Assembly (NCBI GenBank): GCA_043825735.1
Contig: JBDRRP010000129.1
Location: 124,001-149,881, forward strand
Direction: 5' to 3'
Origin: Pseudomonadota bacterium
Lineage (GTDB): Bacteria > Desulfobacterota > Desulfobacteria > Desulfobacterales > JBDRRP01
DNA length: 25,881 nt
The notes under the pieces: generated by a model
Seen by the model: the letters and a program-made list of their open reading frames with translations, nothing else
Databases searched by the model: none
What the model was told of the DNA's origin: nothing
Position numbers and translations under genes: made by a program
Shown here: in pieces, positions 16,948 through 25,881 of the stretch
Position numbering within the stretch: the first letter of the stretch is position 1
How the letters are laid out: each line of letters starts with the position of its first letter

Positions 16948-17245
16948 CGGTCCTATCTACCAATTCAAGGTGGCTTGGATAAACAAGTTGTGCAGCGGGG
17001 CTGCTTTTTTCGATGTCGCCGACCGATGATGCCGGCGCCGACCGATGGCCGGCCGCTACCGGCGGATCGGACCCGGCGCAACCGCAGCGGCGCCAGTGGT
17101 AAATGGTCTGAGTCTATTACCTCCGGCAACATCATCATGATTCTGCGCCGGCCAGATCATGACCGCCGATTTTTCGGCGGCATCGAAAAAAGCTGCCCTG
17201 CTGCGCCACCAGCACCGGTCAACCTTACTCTGGTAGATAGTACCG
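16948..17245. mobile_element. MITE (298 bp) with long imperfect TIRs, IS1595-like ends
   Basis: Ends CGGTCCTATCTACCA vs CGGTACTATCTACCA (14/15); inner arms 16992-17022 and 17174-17204 are 28/31 complementary; flanks ACTAACTT/TATAACTT resemble a degenerate 8-bp target duplication. Confidence 0.8.
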
Positions 17246-17300
17246 TATAACTTTTTGCGGTGGCTCAGTTTCCACATCATGCACCGGCGGTTTATCAGTT

Positions 17301-18068
17301 ATGGCGTTATTTGAAATCAATGACCTGACCATCCGCTTTGGCGGTCTGACGGCGCTGGAAGATATCCGACTGGATGTCTCCCAGGGGGAGCTTGTGGCGA
17401 TTATCGGCCCCAATGGTGCGGGGAAAACCACCCTGTTCAATTGCATCAGCGGCATCTATACCCCGCACGCCGGCACCATTCGATTCAACGGCAAAGACAT
17501 CGTGGGCAAAAAACCCCACGCCGTGGCACGAATGGGAATTGCTCGCACCTTCCAGAATATCGAACTGTTCAAGCACATGAACACCATGGAGAACATCATG
17601 CTCGGCCGGCACATCCACATGCGCACGGGCGTTTTCAGGGGCGCCGCCCTGTGGGGTCCGCGCTCTTTCGCCGGGCGTGAAGAGCGCACCCACCGGCGCC
17701 GAGCCGAAGAAATCATCGACCTGCTCGATCTGCAGTCGGTGAGAAACAAAATGGTCGGAGGGCTGCCCTACGGCACCCAGAAACGGGTCGAACTGGGCCG
17801 GGCGCTGGCCCTTGAGCCGCAGCTCCTTTTGCTGGACGAGCCGTGTGCCGGCATGACCTCGGAAGAAAAACAGGACATGATCTTCTGGATCAAAGACATC
17901 CAGGACGATCTTGGCGTCACGATCCTGCTCATTGAACACGACATGAAAATGGTGATGGACGTCTCCGACCGCATCCTGGCCATCAATTTCGGTCGACCCA
18001 TTACCGTCGGCCCGCCGGAAACGGTCCGCGCCCACCCGGACGTGCTGAAGGCATACCTCGGAGAGTGA
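17301..18068 (+). CDS. livG: HAAT-type ABC ATP-binding protein (LivG-like)
   Basis: FGGLTAL, GPNGAGKTT, ARTFQN, LPYGTQKRVELGRAL, LLLDEP, LIEHDM, AYLG. Symbol is family-level only. Confidence 0.92.
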   Translation: MALFEINDLTIRFGGLTALEDIRLDVSQGELVAIIGPNGAGKTTLFNCISGIYTPHAGTIRFNGKDIVGKKPHAVARMGIARTFQNIELFKHMNTMENIMLGRHIHMRTGVFRGAALWGPRSFAGREERTHRRRAEEIIDLLDLQSVRNKMVGGLPYGTQKRVELGRALALEPQLLLLDEPCAGMTSEEKQDMIFWIKDIQDDLGVTILLIEHDMKMVMDVSDRILAINFGRPITVGPPETVRAHPDVLKAYLGE

Positions 18069-18140
18069 CCGGCCACCGGCAACGCCGGTGGCTTTCAATT
18101 GCGACTGACGGCGGCCGCCGATGCCGCCGGGGAGAAAATT

Positions 18141-18907
<767 letters not shown>

Positions 18908-18917
<10 letters not shown>

Positions 18918-20725
18918 ACGGCACTGAGGCCGCCGGCACCGTACCGGCCGTTTTCCGGCAAACGGTGGCGCGGTTGGGCGCCCGGACGGCACTGCGGCAC
19001 AAGGCGCTCGGCCTGTGGCACGACACTTCCTGGCGGCAGTACCTGGCCCGGGCCGAACAGGTCGGGGCCGCGCTGATGGCGATGGGGCTTGAAAAAGGCC
19101 ACCGGGTGGCCATCATCGGCGACAACTGCCCGGCGTGGGTGACGGCCGATCTGGGCGCCCAGTGCGCCGGCGGCGTGTCGGTGGGTGTCTACGCCACCAA
19201 CGCCTGGCAGCAGGTGGCCTACGTCATCGAACACAGCGATGCCCGCATCTTCTTTGTTGAAAACGAGGAGCAGCTGGACAAATGGCTTCATTTCAAGGAC
19301 CGGGTCCCCTCCCTTCAGGCGGTGGTCATCTGGGACACCGAGGGGCTCAGGGACTTCACCGACCCGCTCCTTCTGACCTGGGACGAACTTTTGAAAAAAG
19401 GGGCCGGCGCCCTGGCCGAAGACCCCGAGATGGTCCGGCGCCGCGGCGATACCCTGACCCCTGAGGACCTCGCGGTGCTCATCTACACCTCGGGCACCAC
19501 CGGCCCCCCCAAAGGCGCCATGCTCAGCCACGGCAACGTCACCTGGATGGCCGCCGCCGTCGCCCGGGACAACCCGATCTTCGATACCGACGAGGTGCTC
19601 AGCTACCTGCCGCTGTGCCACATCTTCGAGCGGCTCTTTTCGGTCTTCGCCCACATCACCCACGGCTACACGGTCAATTTCGTGGAGCAGTTGGACACCG
19701 TCATGGACAACATGGTGGAGGTCTCTCCCACCGTTGGTTACGCCGTGCCCCGGATCTGGGAAAAGTACTTCTCCGCCATCCGTATCCGCATGTCGGACGC
19801 GACCTGGCTCAAACGGGCCGTATTTGCCTGGGCCATCGGAGTGGGCCGGCGCCGGGCCGAAAAACTGATGGCCCTGCAGCCGGTGCCCGCAGATCTCTCA
19901 CTCAGCTACCGGCTGGCCGACCTGGCGGTCTTTCGCAAACTCCGCGAACGGCTCGGGTTCGAGCGGCTGCGGGTGGCCTATTCCGGAGCCGCCCCCATTT
20001 CCCCGGACGTTCTTTTCTTTTTCCAATCGATCGGCGTCAACCTCATCGAGGGCTACGGCCAGACCGAAGGCACCGGGGTGACCGCGCTGTCACGGGGCGG
20101 GCAGGTCAAAAAAGGGACGGTGGGTCAGGCCCTCTCGGGTGTCGAGATCCGCATCGCCGATGACGGAGAGATCCTGGTGCGATCACCGGGGGTGTTCAAA
20201 GGCTACTTTAAAAGCCCGGAGGCCACGGACGAAACCATCGTCGACGGCTGGCTCTACAGCGGCGATGTGGGGACGCTCGACAGTGAGGGGTTTCTGAAAA
20301 TCACCGACCGCAAAAAGGACATCATTGTCACCGCCGGCGGCAAGAATATCACCCCCCAGTACATCGAAAACAAACTCAAGGCGAGCATCTACATCAACGA
20401 TGCCGTGATCATCGGCGATCGGCGGCGGTTTCTGGCGGCCCTGATCATGATCGATGAAGACAACGTCATCAAGTACGCCCAGGACCACAAGGTCCAGTTC
20501 TCCACCTACCGGGACCTGGCGGCCAGCCCGGCCATCACCGAGCTGATCCAGCACGAAGTGGATGCCGTCAACGCCACTCTGGCCCGGGTGGAGACCGTTC
20601 GAAAATTCACCGTTTTGCCGAAAAAACTCTACGAAGAAGACGGCGAAGTCACTCCCACCATGAAGGTCAAACGCAAATACGTTCACGAGGCGTTCAAGGA
20701 GCTTATCGAGGCCATGTACGCCTGA
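18908..20725 (+). CDS. Long-chain fatty acid-CoA ligase (AMP-dependent synthetase)
   Basis: YTSGTTGPPKG, YLPLCHIFER, VPRIWEK, EGYGQTE, SGDVG, DRKKDII..GGKNI, TPTMKVKR; start overlaps the end of the livF-like gene. Confidence 0.93.
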
Positions 20726-20921
20726 CTTTGATAAGGTTCCGAGGATTTCCCTACATCTGAAGTCGAATTTCATAACCGTTTTAGAACCCGAAGGGCCTGT
20801 TACAAATACCTATTTCAGCAGGCGACATGCTCCTGCAAGATCACCTGGAATGCTATCACATGGGATATGGACCCCATCTCTGAACATTTTTTAACAACTG
20901 GAGCTTCGTAGACAAGCGTAA

Positions 20922-21322
20922 AAACTGATATATACCTCAATGCAGTATGTCGACGGTTTGGGTGTCTCAATGTTCGCCATTCAAGCAGCCCAAAAAGTGG
21001 ACGGCCTGGGCTTTGCGTTACCACTGGGACCGATACTGTTAGATGTATTAACCGCCGTTGGCGGCGGTGCTAGCGCGACATCCTGGCCGATAGTCCGACA
21101 TTGTTGATGCGCAAGGAGCTTTATGCCGTACCGGTGACGATTGGTTGCGTCCTTTACATGAGTTTGTTAAACTTGCTTGCTGAATATGTGCTTCCGATTG
21201 GCGTCGGTTGCGCGCTATTCACTTTCACAATCAGAGCCGCAGCTATCTATTGGAATCTGAGTGTGCCAAGTTGGATGCTGTTACAGGCGAAGACGGATAA
21301 ATGGCGCAAGGCTCATCGATGA
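20922..21322 (+). pseudogene. Truncated, frameshifted TRIC/UPF0126 (YadS/YicG-like) membrane protein
   Basis: One frame gives KLIYTSMQYVDGLGVSMFAIQAAQKVDGLGFALPLGPILLDVLTAVGGG (to 21068); after a shift near 21070 another frame gives RDILADSPTLLMRKELYAVP...IRAAAIYWNL. Together these form the second TAxGGGxxRD repeat. TAA at 20919; the first repeat is absent. Confidence 0.8.
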
Positions 21323-21334
21323 AAGGACTGCCCC

Positions 21335-22123
21335 ATGAGCAAAACAGTGAATGGCAAAACAGGCCGGGGCTTCAAGACCGCATGGCGCTGGCTGTTGCTA
21401 TCAACCGCAGCAATCCTACTGGCTGGAGCGTTGAATCCGGTATATGGTCAGCAGTTTAACTCAGATAATTGGTGGGTGTTGCCCCACGGCGTGGGACTGG
21501 GGATGGCGACGGCTGGCCAGCATTACTCGACGATGTGTCTTGGCTACGGTTTTTATCCAAAATGGGAGTTTGACATTCTCACCACGCTCTATGCGAAAGA
21601 GGGAACCGATACGACCAATCACTACGCCACCTCGGCGTATGTGAAGCGCCTTATTTTTGAAGACGAGGCGCAGACGTCCGGATTATCGCTGATGGCGGGC
21701 ATCGGGTCTACGCCGGGTTATTTAGAGTCGGGTTCTGTGACGAGTGATTTCAAAAACTATTGGGCCTCTTTCCCGCTGACCATTCCACTCTTTGACAACA
21801 CGCTCTCCTGGGACATTATGCCGGGCGCCACGTATAACCAGGAATACGGAACCCAGAAAGAAACCGCGTGGGGCTTTTTGTATTCCTCGCGGTTGGCGAT
21901 CTATAAGATCGTCCCGCAATCGGCGATTGTGGCCGAGGTGTTCGGCACAGAAGGAGATGCCTATTCAAAGCCGCAGTACAAAGCCGGTGTCCGCTGGGAG
22001 TCAAAATATGTCATTGCCGCGCTGACCTACGGCGGAGCAGTGGACGGCAGCCAAGGCGGCGGCATCGAGTTCGGCGTCATGGTGCTGACGCCCCCCTTCC
22101 TCTGTATGGGCGGATGCAAATAA
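21335..22123 (+). CDS. Exported hypothetical protein, aromatic/Gly-rich and probably all-beta (possible outer-membrane protein)
   Basis: RBS AAGGA; signal peptide ending VYG-QQFNSDN; alternating amphipathic strands (KWEFDILTTLY, LSWDIMPGATY, QYKAGVRWE, GIEFGVMVL). Confidence 0.7.
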   Translation: MSKTVNGKTGRGFKTAWRWLLLSTAAILLAGALNPVYGQQFNSDNWWVLPHGVGLGMATAGQHYSTMCLGYGFYPKWEFDILTTLYAKEGTDTTNHYATSAYVKRLIFEDEAQTSGLSLMAGIGSTPGYLESGSVTSDFKNYWASFPLTIPLFDNTLSWDIMPGATYNQEYGTQKETAWGFLYSSRLAIYKIVPQSAIVAEVFGTEGDAYSKPQYKAGVRWESKYVIAALTYGGAVDGSQGGGIEFGVMVLTPPFLCMGGCK

Positions 22124-22187
22124 GTCACGAAGCACACAGCGCCGAGGCAACCGCATCCGGCGATATGGCCAAGGAAGATGTCATCTC

Positions 22188-22664
22188 ATGCATAAGTTGC
22201 TGATATTTGCCTTTTTGGCCGTTATCTTTATCAGAGGTCCGGGGGCGGCATCGGATCCCACCGCTTACGCCTGTCCCGAGAGTCTGCCCCGCATCGAAAC
22301 CGAGGTCAACGGACACCCGCTCACATTGACAGTGGCGGCGACACCGGAGGCCCGGGAATGTGGTATTTCCAAACGCAACGGCTTGCCGCAAAATGAAGGG
22401 TTCCTGTTTGTTCTGCCCGCACCCCAGCCCGTTGCCTTCTGGATGAAGGATACCCGGATACCCATTGACATCGCTTTTCTGGACGATGCGGGGCGTGTTC
22501 TCAGTATCCAACAGATGGTCCCGCTCAGAACCGATGTGATTTACCGATCACCGCAGCCGGTCCGCTACGCCATCGAGGTGAACCAGGGGTGGTTCGCCAG
22601 GCAAGGGGTCGGGGTGGGTGATGTGATCACGCTGCCATTGCCGGTCGGGTTGCGTATCGATTAG
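22188..22664 (+). CDS. DUF192 family exported protein
   Basis: VAATPEAR..G, EGFLFV, FWMKDTRIPIDIAFLD, YAIEVNQG, GVGD; signal peptide; RBS AAGGA. Confidence 0.9.
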   Translation: MHKLLIFAFLAVIFIRGPGAASDPTAYACPESLPRIETEVNGHPLTLTVAATPEARECGISKRNGLPQNEGFLFVLPAPQPVAFWMKDTRIPIDIAFLDDAGRVLSIQQMVPLRTDVIYRSPQPVRYAIEVNQGWFARQGVGVGDVITLPLPVGLRID

Positions 22665-22665
22665 G

Positions 22666-22743
22666 AAGGGTGATTCACTGAAGGACATTACGATCCTGAC
22701 CAAGCCCGAGGAGAACCTCGCGCTGATCCCGAAGGCCTCATAG
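22666..22743 (+). pseudogene. Short relic of an amidohydrolase-family C-terminus
   Basis: Start-less frame KGDSLKDITILTKPEENLALIPKAS* with coding-like GC3 codons; resembles the GDPLKDI.IL..PEENL.LIMK tail of metal-dependent amidohydrolases (recalled, not searched). Confidence 0.5.
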
Positions 22744-22791
22744 AGCAAAGTCAAAAGGCGTTTGACGATGCCATTTCGTGTAAACGTTGGC

Positions 22792-23874
22792 TTATGGATT
22801 TTGGGGGACCAATCGCCAGTAGGAAAGCCCTCCCAGCTCGGTCCTCTGGAGATTGGGCCGTTGTGCGGCCGGGCGGCCGGTTCCGAGCAATGCTTGCAGG
22901 TCCGCCGCAACCTCAGAGTGATACAGGTGATAGATATGCCCTGAAAAGCGTCTTGTGCCGGCGGGTGAAATGTCAATGGTTTCAATGCCCGCCAGAACCG
23001 TGAGATGCTCGCCGGCTTCACCGAGGCGGGGATAGCCGTGTGCCTCCCGGGAGGCTCTCAGGGCTTTATCGTTCTCCGATACATAAAGCGTGGTCCGCCG
23101 GGCAAGGTGCCTCACGTCCGGCCATGCGTCTCGGAAATTGTCCGTATCGATGTCCGGAGCCACCAGAACCAGCTCGTTCACCAAGGGCTCGGTCTGTTGT
23201 TTGCACGCAATCATTGACAGGGCCATCACCACGCCGCGGGTGCCGAGGCTGTGGGCCACCACGTCCACGCGATCCGAGCCGACGTGCAGGACCAGCTTCT
23301 GGAGCGTCTGCGCAATACGCGGAACGCTCCACACCAGGTCGGCCTCATCCCAGGTGTATTTCAATACATTCCCGTCGGCCGGCCAGCTGAAAAGCACCAG
23401 CCGGTGACGCGGATGCAGGGCTCGCTGGAAAAGGGCCGCCCGTCGACAGCTTTTTTCAAAACCGACATTGTACCCGTGGATATAAAAAACGATGTTGCCC
23501 AGGTTATTTTTGGCAAAGGCTTCGATTTCCTTCCAGAAGCGGTCTTCAGTCCATTCGCTGACGTCCTTAATCTTGGTGCGCTCTTCGGGGATGTAGAACG
23601 GCGCCGAATCAACGATACCCTTGAGCCCGGGAATCGGAATAAAGTCCAAGGCGCAGATGCCGGTGCGCAGTTCTCCTCGCGCCCCCCCGTAAACCGCACC
23701 GGCGGTGTTCCGGTCGCCTTTATTCCGCAAAGTGACATACCAAACGTCGATGGGTGCGGAATTTTCCGCATTCACACCTTCGTTTTCAGACCGGCTTTCA
23801 CCGGCTGCGGCAACAAGCGCCGATCCGGCCAGAACAACCGCTAAACAGATTACCGCCGCGTATCGCTTTACCAT
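22792..23874 (-). CDS. DUF900-family alpha/beta hydrolase, exported
   Basis: Signal peptide; VWYVTLR, FYIHGYN, FSWP, VAHSLG nucleophile, APDID, LYVSENDKAL..S..HGYPRLG; RBS GGAG. Confidence 0.9.
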   Translation of the reverse strand: MVKRYAAVICLAVVLAGSALVAAAGESRSENEGVNAENSAPIDVWYVTLRNKGDRNTAGAVYGGARGELRTGICALDFIPIPGLKGIVDSAPFYIPEERTKIKDVSEWTEDRFWKEIEAFAKNNLGNIVFYIHGYNVGFEKSCRRAALFQRALHPRHRLVLFSWPADGNVLKYTWDEADLVWSVPRIAQTLQKLVLHVGSDRVDVVAHSLGTRGVVMALSMIACKQQTEPLVNELVLVAPDIDTDNFRDAWPDVRHLARRTTLYVSENDKALRASREAHGYPRLGEAGEHLTVLAGIETIDISPAGTRRFSGHIYHLYHSEVAADLQALLGTGRPAAQRPNLQRTELGGLSYWRLVPQNP

Positions 23875-23901
23875 CGACCGCGCTCCAATATATTCCAGGT
23901 G

Positions 23902-25470
23902 CTATAGCAAAAATTCAACAGGCAGCAGCCGGATCACCCAGACGCCGAGCTTCTTCCAGAAGCCGGCATAGGGCTCAGCATCGTAAACGATGTCCTTGCC
24001 GTCTTTTTTAAGGTGCCAGCGAATTGATTCACTGCCGTTGTTGTCACGGTGAAGCGCCAACCGGAAGGCCACCTTTTCGATGTTGCGATCAAAGGCCTCG
24101 GCACTGTTGCCGGCGATCTCCGGATTTAGAAACAGGATGCCGATCTCGTTGTTGATATGCAGGGAGCGCTGGTCCAGATTCATAGAGCCCACGAACATGG
24201 CCTTCTTGTCCAGCACCATGGTCTTGGCGTGCAGGCTCGATTTGCTGAGCCCGGGTAGCCAGGTGAACTTCTCTTTGACCGTTTTCTTGACCTCCTCGTC
24301 CAGCTCGTAGAGCACCACTCCGGCCTTGAGCAGCTGGTTGCGGTATTTGGAGTAGCCGGCGTGAACGGCGGAAACGTCGTTGGAGGCCAGGGAATTGGTC
24401 AGGATGCGCACCGTGACCCCCTTTGCGCTGAGCGCGCACAATGCGTCCGCCCCTTTTTCCCCGGGAACGAAATAGGGGGATACGATGATTAGCTCATTGG
24501 TGACTTGTTTCATGTAAGGCCACAGCTGTGAAATGAGCAGTTCCGTTTGCCAGTTCTCCCCGCGGGCCTTTTTTTCCGAAGAGTCGTGGATGACCTTGGC
24601 CTCGGCCCATTTAAAATGGGCCCCGCCGGCGTGCAGGGCGTTTGCCAGATCCGAGTTATTCAGCGCCGCGATGTATGCCGCCGACGCCTCCTGATGAAGC
24701 ACTCGGCCGTAGCGTTCCTTCAGGGCTTTTAGTTGTTCCGGTGAAGCGGGCGTTGCCAACGCAGAAGCGGGATAGGCGTAGTCGCTGTTCCAATACTGGT
24801 CGAAGGCCTCGGACACCTGGGGCACGACCGGGCCGATAGCCAGCACGTCAAGGTCGGCAAAGGCCAGATCGGGATCGGCATCGAAGTACTCATCGCCGAT
24901 ATTGCGGCCGCCCACGATGGCGGCCTGGTTGTCGAACGTTAATGACTTACTGTGCATGCGGTAGTTGACATCCCGAAACCGGGTGATCCATTGCAGATCT
25001 TTATACGCACCGCGGACAAAGGGATTGAACAGGCGCACTTCAATTTTCGGATGGGCATCCAGCGCCGTCCAGACACCGTCGGCATCGCTGCCGTAGATAT
25101 CATCGATGAGCATGCGGACGCGCACCCCCCGGTCGGCCGCCTTAATCAATTGATCGATGAGCAGTTGACCCACCGTATCCTGGTGAAACATGTAGTATTG
25201 CACATTGATGCTTCGTTCGGCATAACTGGCCAGAACCGCGCGGCCAACGAATGCATCCAGGCCGTTGCCCAGCAGAAACACCCCCGATTGCCCCTCGTGC
25301 GCCACGAGCTGACTGGCGAACTTCCGGCCCAGGGTGGTTTCCTGACCGTCACGAATGGCGAAAGATGGTTGCCGGTTGGAATCTTTCGGTAAGCCGGAAC
25401 AGTGAATGGTCAACAACAGGCAACAACCGATGACACTGGCGGTCAATAGTTGTTCTTTCATAAGGCGCAC
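23902..25470 (-). CDS. clsC: Phospholipase D family protein, cardiolipin synthase ClsC/YmdC-like, probable lipoprotein
   Basis: Two HKD motifs (RMHSKSLTFD..GGRNIGDEYF; SLHAKTMVLD..GSMNLD), VSPYFVPG, ILTNSLASNDV..VHAGY; GTG 25470 lies 8 nt after GGAGG; lipobox-like TIHC. Symbol is family-level only. Confidence 0.88.
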   Translation of the reverse strand: MRLMKEQLLTASVIGCCLLLTIHCSGLPKDSNRQPSFAIRDGQETTLGRKFASQLVAHEGQSGVFLLGNGLDAFVGRAVLASYAERSINVQYYMFHQDTVGQLLIDQLIKAADRGVRVRMLIDDIYGSDADGVWTALDAHPKIEVRLFNPFVRGAYKDLQWITRFRDVNYRMHSKSLTFDNQAAIVGGRNIGDEYFDADPDLAFADLDVLAIGPVVPQVSEAFDQYWNSDYAYPASALATPASPEQLKALKERYGRVLHQEASAAYIAALNNSDLANALHAGGAHFKWAEAKVIHDSSEKKARGENWQTELLISQLWPYMKQVTNELIIVSPYFVPGEKGADALCALSAKGVTVRILTNSLASNDVSAVHAGYSKYRNQLLKAGVVLYELDEEVKKTVKEKFTWLPGLSKSSLHAKTMVLDKKAMFVGSMNLDQRSLHINNEIGILFLNPEIAGNSAEAFDRNIEKVAFRLALHRDNNGSESIRWHLKKDGKDIVYDAEPYAGFWKKLGVWVIRLLPVEFLL

Positions 25471-25662
25471 TTTCTATGCCTCCTTTCCGGGAGATACGCA
25501 TGGCTGTAGAACGATGAAACGAAGAAAAACGAATGGGTCGCATTCGCCCTCACGTTGCACTCGATTGCACAGCGTATTCACTGGAGACTTTCATCCTCGA
25601 CAACATTGACAAAGAGCTTTTCCACCACGAGCCAGAAAATCAAAATAAAAACCGCAGCAGCG

Positions 25663-25800
25663 AAAAACTACGCAATTATCTACGAATTAAAGGCGCGGCC
25701 CCGTTGCCATGGCGCCGCCCGGTGCACGCTTTTTGGGGTAGATCAGCCCGTCATCGTTTATCCATTTTTCTTTCGTGTGTTTCGTGTGTTTCGTGGTTTA
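25663..25800. repeat. 9-nt-periodic repeat element (copy C)
   Basis: TTTCGTGTG-TTTCGTGTG-TTTCGTGGT-TTA (25771-25800), with a degenerate opposite arm AAAAACTACGCAATTATCTACGAATT near 25663-25688. Confidence 0.65.
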
Positions 25801-25881
25801 TGGTTCTTTTTTTGGCAGAAAAAAAAGAGATAAGAACCTGTTTCTGGCTGTGGGGGCGCGCCAAGCGCTATCCCATCTCCA

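Noticed and set aside
16975..17280. Short ORFs in the MITE as a transposase remnant
   Set aside because: No DDE, HTH or zinc-ribbon motif; low-complexity translations.
25555..25570. TTGCAC-N4-TTGCAC direct repeat upstream of the PLD gene
   Set aside because: Could be a response-regulator site, but too short to distinguish from chance without comparative data.

Overview
A GC-rich bacterial chromosomal window. Gene style and content suggest a sulfate-reducing deltaproteobacterium of the Desulfobacterales/Desulfosarcina type; this is inference only. In order it carries: the 5' part of a PotA-like ABC ATPase (-); a membrane-anchored alpha/beta hydrolase; a 1033-aa secreted mosaic protein with a papain/C39-like Cys-His-Asp domain and an IPT/TIG domain; a DUF2892 protein; a three-gene minus-strand unit (MocA-like nucleotidyltransferase-HD fusion, histidine phosphatase, radical SAM/SPASM); a TAXI-TRAP transporter with DUF2914; a divergent Liv-type ABC operon ending in a long-chain acyl-CoA ligase; and an eroded accessory block (frameshifted TRIC/UPF0126 pseudogene, orphan exported beta-rich protein, DUF192, amidohydrolase relic, DUF900 hydrolase, ClsC-like phospholipase D). 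No rRNA, tRNA, CRISPR array or transposase was seen. The most striking unexplained structure is intergenic: at least four kinds of small non-autonomous elements (a TA-flanked Correia-like MITE, an IS1595-like MITE, REP-like hairpins and a dispersed 9-nt-periodic inverted repeat family), some nested inside one another. The best candidate new biochemistry is the nucleotidyltransferase-HD/phosphatase/radical SAM unit and the secreted cysteine-protease-like mosaic. All family assignments come from motif recognition, not database searches.
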